Of a stretch of DNA of 64,000 bases, positions 41,101 through 50,747 are shown piece after piece. The position numbers and the translations under genes were made by a program. Source of the stretch: an uncultured virus (IMG/VR IMGVR_UViG_3300005259_000041) (taxonomy: Duplodnaviria > Heunggongvirae > Uroviricota > Caudoviricetes); the IMG/VR virus record IMGVR_UViG_3300005259_000041. One strand, given 5' to 3'. The notes beneath the pieces were generated by a model. It was not told the origin of the DNA and did no database searches. It worked only from the letters and a program-made list of their open reading frames with translations. Position 1 is the first letter of the stretch, and the number at the start of each line of letters is the position of its first letter.

Positions 41101-42154
41101 CATGAGTTATATGGTTTGGACTTCGGGCGAAATCATCCTGTCCGACCGCGCCGGCATTACCGCTGGCGAGGGAATTGCGGTATCCTTTATCACCGTTGAC
41201 GATGCCCCGTTTGTTGATGCTGAGTGGACTGAGGCTGCTGCGGCGCTTGAAGCTGCGGATGCTTACTGGATTGTTCCTCTTCCGACAGACCACATTTCCG
41301 CTGTACAGCAGACGTTTAGGGCTCATGTTGAGACGATGTCCGATACTCCGAACAAGAAGGAGCGTCAGCTTATTACGGGCGCCTTCTACGGCACCACGGA
41401 TTCTGGCGTCGAAATCCCGCTGCTCCCCCAGAACCTCTATGCTGGCTCTACTAACCAGATTGCTATTGAGGACGTTGGGGTGCTTGAGGGCATTCAGGCC
41501 GGCGCCCTTGGGGAAGATGTAGCTAATTATGGTGTTCCTGAGAACTTTGGTCGGTCTTATAGAACGATGTACTTCTACCCTGACAAAATCACGGTAGACA
41601 TTGCTGGCGTAAATTACAGCATGAATGGCTTCTATATGGCTGCCGCAGCTGCTGGGTTCCTTTCTTCTCGCGGCTATATCGCTGAGCCGCTGACTTGGAA
41701 GAATCTTATCGGCTTCAATATTCCACGTGACCGTAATCTCTTGGTCACCAATCCGACTATCGCCAATAGACTCGGCGAAGCCGGTGTGGTGGTCGTACAG
41801 GGTCTTGCCGCTGGCGGTAAGGTCCTACACGCTAAGACCACCATTCAGGGCGGCTCCGCCTTCCAGGAAGAGCCTACGGCCATCGATGTTGCCGACTTGG
41901 TTTCTAAGGAAGTCCGTGACGAGCTTGGCAATAGGTTCATCGGTAAGGCGCAGACCACAGAGCTTCCTCATGAGATTCTCCGCACTGTGAAGTCCACCCT
42001 GCAGAGCGCAATGTTCCGTAAGCTAATTAGCAACTTTGACTCAATCCAGGTCACGCAGGATTCCGTGGAGCCTCGTCAGTTTAATGTGAGCTTCCAGATT
42101 GCTCCAGTGCTTCCGCTGCTTTGGATTTATGTTGAAGTGAGCGTGGGACTCTAA
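38150..42154 (+). CDS. contractile tail sheath protein (1334 aa, large insertions)
   Basis: N-term GYVQPNAF; C-term AHVETMS..KKER, FIGK, PRQFNVSFQIAPVLPLLWIYV; followed by tube genes. Confidence 0.85.
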   Translation: MANNIPGIVGYVQPNAFSRLIFTATGVGNPAGVRNVAIIGLGQREEYLVYRASGNGTDGESVTTSLENNYNALSIGVGVEAPNGLVYQTSKFPIVTNQFSLFQSGSELIRSRSTVVSDTTPVFESGTDYAVDFETGKVLLAPATAAVSTNLTDGSFEHLAVPANVPSEVWTIAAIAQPEVRGTVFSVVGSKSGQVFGAETFTEQRNATYSAGPTVANGGIFYYDNNGNRKAVPASSYVTSESDMYYGEVIVPPATGAVTHGGNIIQDPTKNFQTLGVEVGHYIEFLDNGCPNFGQLYEIAAVGVDEGGGMDYSKLQVSGTSLVNYGSAAYSIVTPSDVGQNYYVRPLTIYGANKLSTERKRYFVRIIGSLPTDLTDPDYPRVYLSPGQALYATSDDYAYDPITHEWGGTWYAGEDGTGLTTNEVTGNVSGAASGRSASVPIYTSAGLDSGLSVNFAMPTGIDDFDDFTAYYDALYNTIPTTTTTGTATTADGSIVETPDSIIKTFTIAPLAGWGTNQGYIQGSLTVTVDGVAADIVEPDPPFAEFVNKTFTLAVAPLTGSVVAASYTVGDLSVARQTGFRIGDIWMIEADGKYDNGKISFSLISGENPFSIGDSLSITVTSAALEAGDTLVAAYVCESDLNDPEEFFDPASLYAKHGYPSTTNTLPLGAQLAFANGAKSVVALQAKPTSPIRTRQDLLASRASELFVGNGGVYYTAHTHGGQNLGSDPQDQGANRSHTLMHAGDYADAMTTLHRHNDGTTYVNPSKDSDALYLFLTETPYQDDMHFFITTAASTVPRQIFLNKVSRSMVTDVISMPCSRSFGTECNIEAVAANPYFLDSTSVYYLTVFPTGNTWDGYGAPSLTAAFTYPDSVRNTYSNDGLFPVPDATPYDWSTSLASKKPCGGLFRLRNGYDINGTGTTVTEVDGLPLSAYTDAELAFKSTCSDSYDSVLGTFLKLRYNGGSLDPNDLNIEDAKLYMRTQRTDMSYMVWTSGEIILSDRAGITAGEGIAVSFITVDDAPFVDAEWTEAAAALEAADAYWIVPLPTDHISAVQQTFRAHVETMSDTPNKKERQLITGAFYGTTDSGVEIPLLPQNLYAGSTNQIAIEDVGVLEGIQAGALGEDVANYGVPENFGRSYRTMYFYPDKITVDIAGVNYSMNGFYMAAAAAGFLSSRGYIAEPLTWKNLIGFNIPRDRNLLVTNPTIANRLGEAGVVVVQGLAAGGKVLHAKTTIQGGSAFQEEPTAIDVADLVSKEVRDELGNRFIGKAQTTELPHEILRTVKSTLQSAMFRKLISNFDSIQVTQDSVEPRQFNVSFQIAPVLPLLWIYVEVSVGL

Positions 42155-42165
42155 GGTAACAATTA

Positions 42166-42191
42166 TGAGGGGGTAGGAAACTACCCCCTCA
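42166..42191 (+). terminator. GC-rich hairpin after the sheath gene
   Basis: TGAGGGGGTAG-GAAA-CTACCCCCTCA with a weak pyrimidine tail. Confidence 0.6.
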
Positions 42192-42206
42192 CTCTTCTCT
42201 CCTAAA

Positions 42207-42938
42207 ATGGCAGACCAAAACTTTGGCGAAGCTTATCCAATTACTGGATCTACATTAACCCGCAGGGTCACTGCGGGTTTATCTACACACATAGTCGTGT
42301 ATGTAGAGACGGATTCCGGTTGGGAGGCAGTCGGAGCCATTCAAAATTTAACGGCCACAGAGACAAATGCCCTGAAGAGAATCGGGGAAACTAGAACCGG
42401 CCGAACCATAGAACTAATTCCTCAGGGTCAAGATGTGGTGACATTGCAAGTTACAAGATTGGTGTTTGATAATTTAAGGCTTACTCATGCTTTGGGTGCT
42501 GGCTTTTCTCATATCAGGGCCCAAAGAATTCCCTTTGACATTGTTGTGTTTGATAGGACTCACGATGAAGCCGCTAATGCTTTTAGGGGTCCTTCGGCGC
42601 CAAAGCCGTATATAGTTATCTACAAAAATTGCTGGCTTGGGAATTATACCACGACATATAACTCTAATTCATACACGATTACTGAATCCGCAACCCTGGA
42701 ATCTGAGGGTGTTGCTGACGAACATCCCATCTTACAGGCCCTAAACGAGCGCGGTATGAACATGCGTCAGGACCAGATTGAGAGCGAGCATGATGTTATG
42801 AAGGATAATCGGGGGTCTCTCGGTAATATTATGGACGCGAGCGATGTTAGAACGGCTTTTGAGCAGAGTGCTTCGGCTTTGACGGGTGCGGCCGTCACTA
42901 AAGGCAATCCACTGTCCAGCTTTGCTGCAGAGCCGTGA
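42207..42938 (+). CDS. tail tube protein, paralog 1
   Basis: VGAIQNL..E....IGE..IELIP..VTLQVTRLVFD..QRIPFDI; directly after sheath. Confidence 0.75.
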   Translation: MADQNFGEAYPITGSTLTRRVTAGLSTHIVVYVETDSGWEAVGAIQNLTATETNALKRIGETRTGRTIELIPQGQDVVTLQVTRLVFDNLRLTHALGAGFSHIRAQRIPFDIVVFDRTHDEAANAFRGPSAPKPYIVIYKNCWLGNYTTTYNSNSYTITESATLESEGVADEHPILQALNERGMNMRQDQIESEHDVMKDNRGSLGNIMDASDVRTAFEQSASALTGAAVTKGNPLSSFAAEP

Positions 42939-43010
42939 TGAGATAAGTTTCTCGCCTATTAATAATGTTTGTTAATTTTGGACACAATAGTGTTTCTTTA
43001 GGAGGATTAA

Positions 43011-43730
43011 ATGGCCAGTAACGTTAATACAGACTATCCTTCTACTGGCTCCAGTATTGACCGCAGAATTCGCACGGGCTTATCCCCACTTATTCTGGTA
43101 AAGGTCAACGGTGAAGCGGTAGGAGCGATTCAGTCTTTGAACCCAACAGAGTCCAGGACTCTGGCTCGTGTGCAGGAGCTAGGTACGGACGGCTTTATTG
43201 AGCTGGTCCCTAACTCTCCTACCACAGTAACTCTGCAGGTAACTCGTATCGTTTTCGATAACCTGCGGCTCCCGCCTGCTTTTAGGCGTGGTTTTGCACA
43301 TATTCAGGCTCAGCGCCTTCCGTTTGATATTGATGTATTTGATCGGTCTCACGGCACCGCTAGCCCGAACGTAAGTATGCAGGTAACCTCATATCGAAAT
43401 TGTTATTTCTCTAACTACTCAGCTACGTATCAGGCCAACAACTATCAGATTAGTGAAACGGCGACAATCGAAGCTCAGTATGTTGAGGACTTGCTACCCG
43501 TCACCACTGCTTATAACGAGCGTGGTCTTGCACCGGATATGCATCCCATTGAGAATCTTGCAAACTTGGGTATTAGAATTGGCTCGCTTGACTTCCCAGA
43601 CCTTATTGACGAGTTCTGGATTGGCGGCGCCACACCGTCGGAAGCACCTCCGCCACGTATTCTAGTTACCTATAGCACCCAGCCTCAGCGCACGGTTGCG
43701 TATCTGCACGGACGTAACTCCCTCGGTTAA
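43011..43730 (+). CDS. tail tube protein, paralog 2 (own TATTAATA at 42957-42964)
   Basis: VGAIQSL..VTLQVTRIVFDNLRL..QRLPFDI; AGGAGG RBS. Confidence 0.8.
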   Translation: MASNVNTDYPSTGSSIDRRIRTGLSPLILVKVNGEAVGAIQSLNPTESRTLARVQELGTDGFIELVPNSPTTVTLQVTRIVFDNLRLPPAFRRGFAHIQAQRLPFDIDVFDRSHGTASPNVSMQVTSYRNCYFSNYSATYQANNYQISETATIEAQYVEDLLPVTTAYNERGLAPDMHPIENLANLGIRIGSLDFPDLIDEFWIGGATPSEAPPPRILVTYSTQPQRTVAYLHGRNSLG

Positions 43731-43735
43731 AAATC

Positions 43736-43768
43736 ATGGCTGGCGCCTCTTTCTGGGGCGCCAGCCAT
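43736..43768 (+). terminator. hairpin after tube paralog 2
   Basis: ATGGCTGGCGCC / GGCGCCAGCCAT. Confidence 0.6.
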
Positions 43769-43799
43769 ACTTCTTACAATTAGACTAAAGGAGAGATAG

Positions 43800-44312
43800 A
43801 TGAGTGAACCCAATACGGTTATTCCCAATGAAATTTTGCATGGACGCAGAGAGGACATCCTTAGGGGCGCCGCTGCCAACACGGCTCCTACCACCCTGCC
43901 CATCGCCAATTCCGGCCAGACAAACGCTATTGAAGATTTGATAATGCTTGGATATTTGTCCAAGACGGCTACAATTGGAAAGTTTTCCTTTAAGCTTAAA
44001 ACACTAAGCAATGAAGAAAAGGTTTCTGCTTATAGCTCGATTCCTAAGCTGGCAGAGAATACGGTAGAAACAGCATCCAAGCTGCGCGACGTGCTGCTTG
44101 CTAGATCCGTAGTCAGCGTTAACGGTCAACAGCTTGAGTATTTCTATGCTGGCGCTCAGAAGGACCTTCCTATTCATGAGAAGCGTCTAGAGGTCATTAA
44201 CAAGCTTTCTACGCCAGTCCTAGATAAGCTCTTTGCCCTGTACACCAGCCTTGAGGATGAGGCTGCGAAAGTCGTTGACAACGTAAAGTTTGACGACGTA
44301 AAAAACTCCTAA
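43800..44312 (+). CDS. tail assembly chaperone (G-like)
   Basis: Between tube and tape-measure-like genes; ends at slippery A AAA AAC. Confidence 0.75.
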   Translation: MSEPNTVIPNEILHGRREDILRGAAANTAPTTLPIANSGQTNAIEDLIMLGYLSKTATIGKFSFKLKTLSNEEKVSAYSSIPKLAENTVETASKLRDVLLARSVVSVNGQQLEYFYAGAQKDLPIHEKRLEVINKLSTPVLDKLFALYTSLEDEAAKVVDNVKFDDVKNS

Positions 44313-44725
44313 AGGAGTCGGGGCAGCGACTCCTTTGGAAAATTTGTAAAGCTCTTGGCAAAACCATAGACGACCCAGCGATTAAAAACATGAGTCGCCT
44401 GCAGTTCTTTTGGTACGCTGCCAACGTCAATGCGGACGACGAAGACACCATAGAATATGATCGTAATATGTCGGAGTATTTGGCTGCCCTGTCTAGTAAC
44501 GAGGGGGCCGAAAGAGTCAAGAGCACTCAAGAAGCAAGAGAAGATAAGATAGGAGAGCACGGATCGGCAAAAGATAATAATTTTGATGATACGGTACAGG
44601 GTCTTTTTGGTAGATCTGCGGGCCCGAATGGCACAAGTCCTCCTACTAGCCCAGACGACCCACGCCGCTTATCTCTCAAGGATTTAGATGCAATACGTAT
44701 TATCAAAAAGGGCTCCCACAAATAA
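44300..44725 (+). CDS. -1 frameshift extension (GT-like) of the tail assembly chaperone
   Basis: -1 frame is open from the slippery site into ORF 44390-44725. Confidence 0.7.
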   Translation, partial: KKLLKESGQRLLWKICKALGKTIDDPAIKNMSRLQFFWYAANVNADDEDTIEYDRNMSEYLAALSSNEGAERVKSTQEAREDKIGEHGSAKDNNFDDTVQGLFGRSAGPNGTSPPTSPDDPRRLSLKDLDAIRIIKKGSHK

Positions 44726-44737
44726 GGGAGCCCTTTT
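44706..44737 (+). terminator. bidirectional-type intrinsic terminator followed by TATTAATA (44740-44747)
   Basis: AAAAGGGCTCCC-N8-GGGAGCCCTTTT. Confidence 0.7.
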
Positions 44738-44784
44738 GGTATTAATATTTATCAATGCTTTAGGCCCTTTCTAGGTGAAATCTC

Positions 44785-47211
44785 ATGGCAGATGAAGTTA
44801 CTGTAGATAGTAAAACTGGCGCAGATGTTGTATCGGCGGTCACGGCGCAACGCAAGCTAGCCGAAGCCTCTGGTAAAGTAGCTGAAAATATTGCTCAATC
44901 CTTTGAGCAAATTTCTGAAGTTTTCCAAAAAACGAATAAAGCTGTCGCTGATTTGGGCGGCACATTTAGTAAGCTATTTGGCGACATCAATTCCGTAAAT
45001 GACATTCCTCTTATCGGCACCATCGAAGACGTGGCGATGTCAATTGACAAGCGCCTCGGGGTGGCGGTTAAAGCCCTTACCATTGCGGCGGAAACTCTAA
45101 ATAAAATTGACAGTTCTTTTGTAGATTTACGCCGTAGTAGTGTTATTACTGGGGCGGCATTTGGACAGACAAGCATGGAGGTCAACAGATATGCTAGTGG
45201 CCAAATGGCTACGTTGGGTAGGCTCAGTCAGACATTGGCCGTTAAAACTGATGAATTTAACCAGTATCAAGATTCATTGCGCAAAATGGCCTTCTCGTAT
45301 AGAGACCTGGACACTAGCATACAGGCGTGGGGTCCCCGACGGGCAGTTGTTGACCATATGTTTGCTCTTAGCAAAGGACTGTCAGTAGAGTTTTCAACAG
45401 TATTAAAAGATTTTGAAGATTTAACTTTACGAGCTGGTCATGCCACTGGGGACTTTGCTAAAAATGCGGAAACCACAGTTAAAATTTATAGAGGCTTTGC
45501 GTATTCGGCGGATAGGCTCGGGGTTAGTATTCCATATCTGCGCGAAGAAGTAATGAAGTCTGTCACTGGACACTGGGCGGCTATTACCAATATAGAGAAC
45601 AGGGCTACAGATTTAAGGTTGAATTATGAAAAATTCTATATACAGTTGGAAAAACAGGGACAAGAGGGTCTAGCTGGTGACTTTTTATCTAAAGTCCAAA
45701 ACGGTTTAATGAATTTAAACTTAGGACAGGCTGCATGGATGACGGGGACCGGCGGTGTCGGGTCACTCGCAGAGTCATTAACTCTGATGGCCCAAATTAG
45801 AGACTCTTCGGGCTCGGGCAGAATCCAACCTATGTTGGTCACTGTTAAAAATGTTCTAGAAAAATACAGTCGCACTCCCATAGAGTCCATTAACCAAATG
45901 ATTGCACGTGGAGCAGATTTGCCCCATTTGGCTATGCAGCATACTTTCCAGAGAGAGCAAATTAAATCTCTGTTTAAAATTACTGACGAAGGCGAGGCCG
46001 AAAACTTGATGGGCCTCATTAACAGAATGTTTGCCGAGGGTGTGACGGAAGAAGAAAGGACTCGCACTTCAGAAAAGATTAAAGACATTATGGCTCAAGG
46101 AAAAGGCGTAGCCCAGCAGCAATTAACTGCATTGCAGGGTATTGCTATTAACGTAAAGGGGCTGTTCCTACATTATGTGTATGGCAAAGACGCAAGCGAC
46201 TTGTTAGAGAAAAATCTTAAAACAACTGCTGAGCAGTTTGAAAAAGATCATCTGGCAAAAAAGGAAGCGGAATTAAAGCGGCCTCTAACGGCAGATGAAA
46301 AACAGTCTGCCCTATCGGAGGCGCGTAACATTTGGGTTAGCCTTAGGGAAATGGTAGCAGTTGGTGCAGTGGCGGCTGACAGAAGTTCCCTTGAAGATGC
46401 AATACAGGAGTTACTTGGTAAGGGTGACGCATCCTACTCTGGCGCGGGCGGTACTCGCGGGGGAGTCGCGCTGGGACAGGGAGGCTCTACGCCAGGCACG
46501 CTTACCAGTGCGTATGGAGAGCGCAGAGTGGTCACCGACGCGGCTGGTAGGCAATATTCTAAGACGCATACTGGTGTTGATATAGCTGCCAAAGAGGGCA
46601 CTGTTTTTACTGCTCCCATCTCTGGAATAGCCACTTATCACCCAGAGGGGTCTGCGCAATATGGCAATATGGGCAACGTTGTTAGTATTGTGGCCGGTAA
46701 CAAAGAACATGTCTTTGCCCATTTATTGGGTGTTCCTAAGGGGTTTAGGAATGGGCAGGTTTCTCTCGGCGACCCAATAGGCATTTCTGGTAGCACGGGA
46801 CGCTCTACCGGCGGACACATTCATTATGAAATTAGAGATTTAGACGCAACCGGTAAAGCCATTCAAGCGGGTAGGGGCTTTCAGCATTCTATGCCCGACC
46901 CCTTTATCACAAGCTCCCTGCAGGCTTCGGTTAGACAGGCTCCTCGTTTGGCGCCATCGAGCTATGCTCCTAAGCCTGAAACTCCGCAGCCAACCAAAGA
47001 TATTCCTCCGTCTCCAACCCCGACGGCTATGGGGGCCACTGCGGCTGACGCACCCAAGCCGACTGATAGTTCTACCTCTCAGGCTGCCACCCATGGGGGC
47101 ACCGGCACCACAAAGGGGAAGCAGGCCCCGACACCCATCGTACACGTTAACTTGACTCAAACACAAGCGCCTAATGCCACAGGACAGGATACTGGGGGAG
47201 GGCCTAAATAA
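44785..47211 (+). CDS. tape-measure-like protein with M23 peptidase domain
   Basis: Helical N-terminus; HTGVD, FAHL, GSTGRSTGGHIHYE. Confidence 0.8.
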   Translation: MADEVTVDSKTGADVVSAVTAQRKLAEASGKVAENIAQSFEQISEVFQKTNKAVADLGGTFSKLFGDINSVNDIPLIGTIEDVAMSIDKRLGVAVKALTIAAETLNKIDSSFVDLRRSSVITGAAFGQTSMEVNRYASGQMATLGRLSQTLAVKTDEFNQYQDSLRKMAFSYRDLDTSIQAWGPRRAVVDHMFALSKGLSVEFSTVLKDFEDLTLRAGHATGDFAKNAETTVKIYRGFAYSADRLGVSIPYLREEVMKSVTGHWAAITNIENRATDLRLNYEKFYIQLEKQGQEGLAGDFLSKVQNGLMNLNLGQAAWMTGTGGVGSLAESLTLMAQIRDSSGSGRIQPMLVTVKNVLEKYSRTPIESINQMIARGADLPHLAMQHTFQREQIKSLFKITDEGEAENLMGLINRMFAEGVTEEERTRTSEKIKDIMAQGKGVAQQQLTALQGIAINVKGLFLHYVYGKDASDLLEKNLKTTAEQFEKDHLAKKEAELKRPLTADEKQSALSEARNIWVSLREMVAVGAVAADRSSLEDAIQELLGKGDASYSGAGGTRGGVALGQGGSTPGTLTSAYGERRVVTDAAGRQYSKTHTGVDIAAKEGTVFTAPISGIATYHPEGSAQYGNMGNVVSIVAGNKEHVFAHLLGVPKGFRNGQVSLGDPIGISGSTGRSTGGHIHYEIRDLDATGKAIQAGRGFQHSMPDPFITSSLQASVRQAPRLAPSSYAPKPETPQPTKDIPPSPTPTAMGATAADAPKPTDSSTSQAATHGGTGTTKGKQAPTPIVHVNLTQTQAPNATGQDTGGGPK

Positions 47212-50049
47212 ATGGCCGAAAACCAGCAAAGCAAAGAAATTCAGCGTGCAGCGCAGGCCGCAACAGAGGCCACAAACGCGGCATATGAATCGTATGCAAG
47301 AATTTTGCAAAGATTAATGCGATCGTTTAGGCTAATGGAAGAGGCGGCCAACGATACCAATGCTCTGCTAAATGATCAAATTAAATCGCTATCTGATTCT
47401 GGGGTTATAAGAAATTTAACCTCTATGTTAAAGAAAAGTGAAAACTTACGTCTTAAAACGGCTGGGCAAATTCTAGAATCTGGGGCTAATCTTATCGACA
47501 CGGCCACGCAACTAGAAGCCTCTATGATTAAGGCTAAAACCAGTGCAATCCAGCTGGGCGCTTCTTTTGGACAAACCTCAGAAGAAGTTCAAAAATTTGC
47601 CAATGTTATGCTTACCAATATTGGCGACCTCAAGGCGACTCTCCATGTGCAGCAACAAGAGGTAGATAAATATTTCAATACGGTCAAAATGATGGCCGGG
47701 TCCTATTCAATGATGAATGCTCAAATTATAGACGCCAGTGGTAATGCGGTAGAGGGCATTCACACTACTTTGTTTAAGTTTAGTAACGCCTTCCAATATG
47801 ATATTGTGCCATTAACTAAAATGGTATATGGCGCCGCCGGCAGGATGGGTGCATCAGACGACCCCAAGATTGCTGTATATAAAATGATGAGTTCCTGGAC
47901 AGACGCGACAAAAATGTTGCGTGCAGTTGGAATGTCCACTACAAAGGGGTTGGGAGATTTATCATCTATCGTAGCGGGCACCGAGGGCTATGTAGTGGAC
48001 GGGACACGCAGAATAGCAAACATCGCCTCTCTGTACACAAGTGTGTTTTCTATTCTCCAGCGCAAAGGCCAAGAGGCGCTTACTGAAAGATTTACTAGAA
48101 TTATGGATTCTGGCCTAAGGCAATTAACTCCCCAGGCGTCTGGTTTGATGGTAGTGGGCGGATTCTCGCGTGGTTTAACGGGGGACATGAGAGACCCACT
48201 TGCAGGTGGAATGTTGATTCGCGCCGCCTTCAGGGCTGGCCAAGATTTAAAGACTGGAAAAACACTTTCTACTAATGACATGATGCAAATGATGGTATCG
48301 TCTATTGAAGGGTTTGCCAAAACCCCCATCTTTGCCTTTACGCCAGAATTAACCCAGGGCCTTTCTCGCTCTCAACAAGAGGAAGTGAGCAAGCAATACA
48401 TGCTGTTGGATAGAACGCTTCAAGAGTTTTTCCCAGAGTCTGGGGATTTAAATCAGCGCATGACGCTAATGGGCATTTTGCAAAATTGGAGGGCTGGGAA
48501 AAATATTTCAGATGAAGACATTAAAAAAATGAAAAAGGCCATGGGCGACGGGCTTAGCGATGCAGAGCAAATTGAAAGCATGAAGCGAAGCACGCTGCAG
48601 CAGGTATGGGACCACGTGTCTGGTATTTATATGAAAGCGGTTGGTATGGTCGGGGGTGGAGCGGATATTGAAGCAACCAAGCGCAAGTCTAGTGCGTTAT
48701 TTTCTTTGAGCGCCGGAGCTAAGCAACACTATATAGATTCCAGGATAGATAATTTTCAAAAAGAAAATAAAATTGAGCGCTCAGCTGCTATTGCTGCGCT
48801 TGGTAAGCAATGGGACGATTTGAAGCGTACGGACGCCTTGGCGGCAGTGGATCCAATTCACGGATCCGAGCGTTTGGCAGCTACCGTTCAAAATTTGTCT
48901 AAAAAATACGCTTTGCGGTTAAAAGTGACACCGGCCGATCGCGATAAATTAAATGACCCCAACGTCACAGCCGCCACTAAATCAGCCATATATTCCAAAT
49001 ATTTAGGGGCAGAAATCAAACAGGATTTTCTTAGTCAGGGTATTACTAACCAAGAAGATATGGATTTAGCTCAAAAAACCCTTAACCCTTGGGCAGACGA
49101 GGCAGAGAGGAACCAAATTAGGGCCACGACAGCAGGAGAGGCGCAGTCCTCTCCCATGGGTGGTTCGGGGCGGGCCCTCTCAGCCGCCTCGCACGAAATT
49201 TTGAAGGGCAGCGAACGTACCTATCAGCAGGTTTTAGAACAAGGCATCCCGTCTGGAGATACAGAAGGGTTAACTGTTCATGGGCAAGGCCAAGTTTTAC
49301 GGCATCAAGCTGGGGAAGTTACAATTGGCGCCTCAGATATGCTACGCATTGAAAGTATGGGCGGATTAAATTACATATTGAGTAAAGCTAAAATGTTGTC
49401 AGAGGCTAATTTGTCTGGCGGGGCTCTAGACGAACTAAAGGCTGAGGTCGCTGGAGTGGAATCTGGACCAGAAGGATATTTAGCTGCGAACAAACAGACC
49501 AGTGCTACTGGCAAATATCAGTTTTTGCGTGGGACAGCGGCTGAGCTATTTCGCAAACATAAGGCCGCTTTTGCTAGTCTGGGTGTTAGCGAGCAAGATT
49601 TTTCTTCTACAACTAACATGAGACAGTTAATGTTTGGGGCACAGGGCGCTCAAATTCAAGAGACGCTGATGGGATTGGCCGTCCAGGATTACGCTAAGGG
49701 GCTTAGGTCCATCAATGTGCCGGTTACCGCAGAAACACTCAAGTTGGTGCACTTTATGGGTCTGGGGGGCTTTAAGAAGTGGATAAAAGAGGGTGCTTCC
49801 TTAGATTATAACCCAACAGCCGGAGGAGTTAAAAATGCCACAGTCGGCCAGTATCTAGGTCTTGGCCGTAAATCTGGCGCTATGGCTTCGGCGGTTGCTT
49901 CTCAGCTTGCTGTTGGGGGTTTTGACCAGTGGTTCGATTTTGATGCGGGCCCTCAGGAAATAAATATAGATAAATTAATACCAGTCCTCAATAAAGCTGG
50001 GCTTGCTACCGGGGAACAGTATCGTCTAAAGGCTACTATTAGGTTTTAA
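47212..50049 (+). CDS. second tape-measure-like protein with lysozyme/transglycosylase-like domain
   Basis: Helical; VESG...SATGKYQFLRGT...HFMG; GASFGQTSEEV matches GAAFGQTSMEV of 44785. Confidence 0.7.
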   Translation: MAENQQSKEIQRAAQAATEATNAAYESYARILQRLMRSFRLMEEAANDTNALLNDQIKSLSDSGVIRNLTSMLKKSENLRLKTAGQILESGANLIDTATQLEASMIKAKTSAIQLGASFGQTSEEVQKFANVMLTNIGDLKATLHVQQQEVDKYFNTVKMMAGSYSMMNAQIIDASGNAVEGIHTTLFKFSNAFQYDIVPLTKMVYGAAGRMGASDDPKIAVYKMMSSWTDATKMLRAVGMSTTKGLGDLSSIVAGTEGYVVDGTRRIANIASLYTSVFSILQRKGQEALTERFTRIMDSGLRQLTPQASGLMVVGGFSRGLTGDMRDPLAGGMLIRAAFRAGQDLKTGKTLSTNDMMQMMVSSIEGFAKTPIFAFTPELTQGLSRSQQEEVSKQYMLLDRTLQEFFPESGDLNQRMTLMGILQNWRAGKNISDEDIKKMKKAMGDGLSDAEQIESMKRSTLQQVWDHVSGIYMKAVGMVGGGADIEATKRKSSALFSLSAGAKQHYIDSRIDNFQKENKIERSAAIAALGKQWDDLKRTDALAAVDPIHGSERLAATVQNLSKKYALRLKVTPADRDKLNDPNVTAATKSAIYSKYLGAEIKQDFLSQGITNQEDMDLAQKTLNPWADEAERNQIRATTAGEAQSSPMGGSGRALSAASHEILKGSERTYQQVLEQGIPSGDTEGLTVHGQGQVLRHQAGEVTIGASDMLRIESMGGLNYILSKAKMLSEANLSGGALDELKAEVAGVESGPEGYLAANKQTSATGKYQFLRGTAAELFRKHKAAFASLGVSEQDFSSTTNMRQLMFGAQGAQIQETLMGLAVQDYAKGLRSINVPVTAETLKLVHFMGLGGFKKWIKEGASLDYNPTAGGVKNATVGQYLGLGRKSGAMASAVASQLAVGGFDQWFDFDAGPQEINIDKLIPVLNKAGLATGEQYRLKATIRF

Positions 50050-50060
50050 TGGAGATATAA

Positions 50061-50729
50061 ATGGCTGAATGGAAACGGCATTTAATGGTGTGGGAGCTTT
50101 ATGACGGCACTATGGTGGAAATGTACATTAATCCACAACAGGTGGCCTTTAATCATACTAAAAAGATAACTTCCACTAGAACTAAAGGTGGGTTTATTGT
50201 TCAATATTGGGGAGACGACCTCGATACTATGCAGTTAACTGGCACCACTGGCTCGGCTGGGATAGAGGCCATAGAGGTTCTTTATGATATATATCGATCA
50301 GAGCAGCTCAGCGAGGCCGGCCTGTCTGCCTTGGGTAAAATAGAAAAAAGATACAATAAGACTCTACAAACAGACAAAAGCCAAACCGCCGCAGACCAAG
50401 ATAAATATCATAGTTCTGATTTAGTATCTAGGGCGACTCAGGTTACGTTGTGGTATGGTAATAAAAGATACTATGGCTTTTTCACGAACTTTAACGTGAC
50501 GGAGTCTGCTACTGCCCCGGGAGAATATACCTACACTATTAATTTTACTGTATGGAAGACGAAGGGCAGAGATGCAAACTATATGCCCTGGCATAGGTCG
50601 GTTCAGGGGGAACTCACGTTCCCGTCTTCTCGGGAAAATGAACAAGCAGCACAGGCCGCCTCTACTCAGCAGGCAGGCGATAAGCAATCTGCTTCTAAGC
50701 CACAAACAGAAGCCGGCAAGAGCTCTTAA
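50061..50729 (+). CDS. putative tube-initiator/baseplate protein
   Basis: MYINPQQV..RTKGGFIVQYWG..LTGTTG..YTINFTV; position after tape-measure genes. Confidence 0.6.
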   Translation: MAEWKRHLMVWELYDGTMVEMYINPQQVAFNHTKKITSTRTKGGFIVQYWGDDLDTMQLTGTTGSAGIEAIEVLYDIYRSEQLSEAGLSALGKIEKRYNKTLQTDKSQTAADQDKYHSSDLVSRATQVTLWYGNKRYYGFFTNFNVTESATAPGEYTYTINFTVWKTKGRDANYMPWHRSVQGELTFPSSRENEQAAQAASTQQAGDKQSASKPQTEAGKSS

Positions 50730-50747
50730 CGGAAAGGGGAAAAAATA

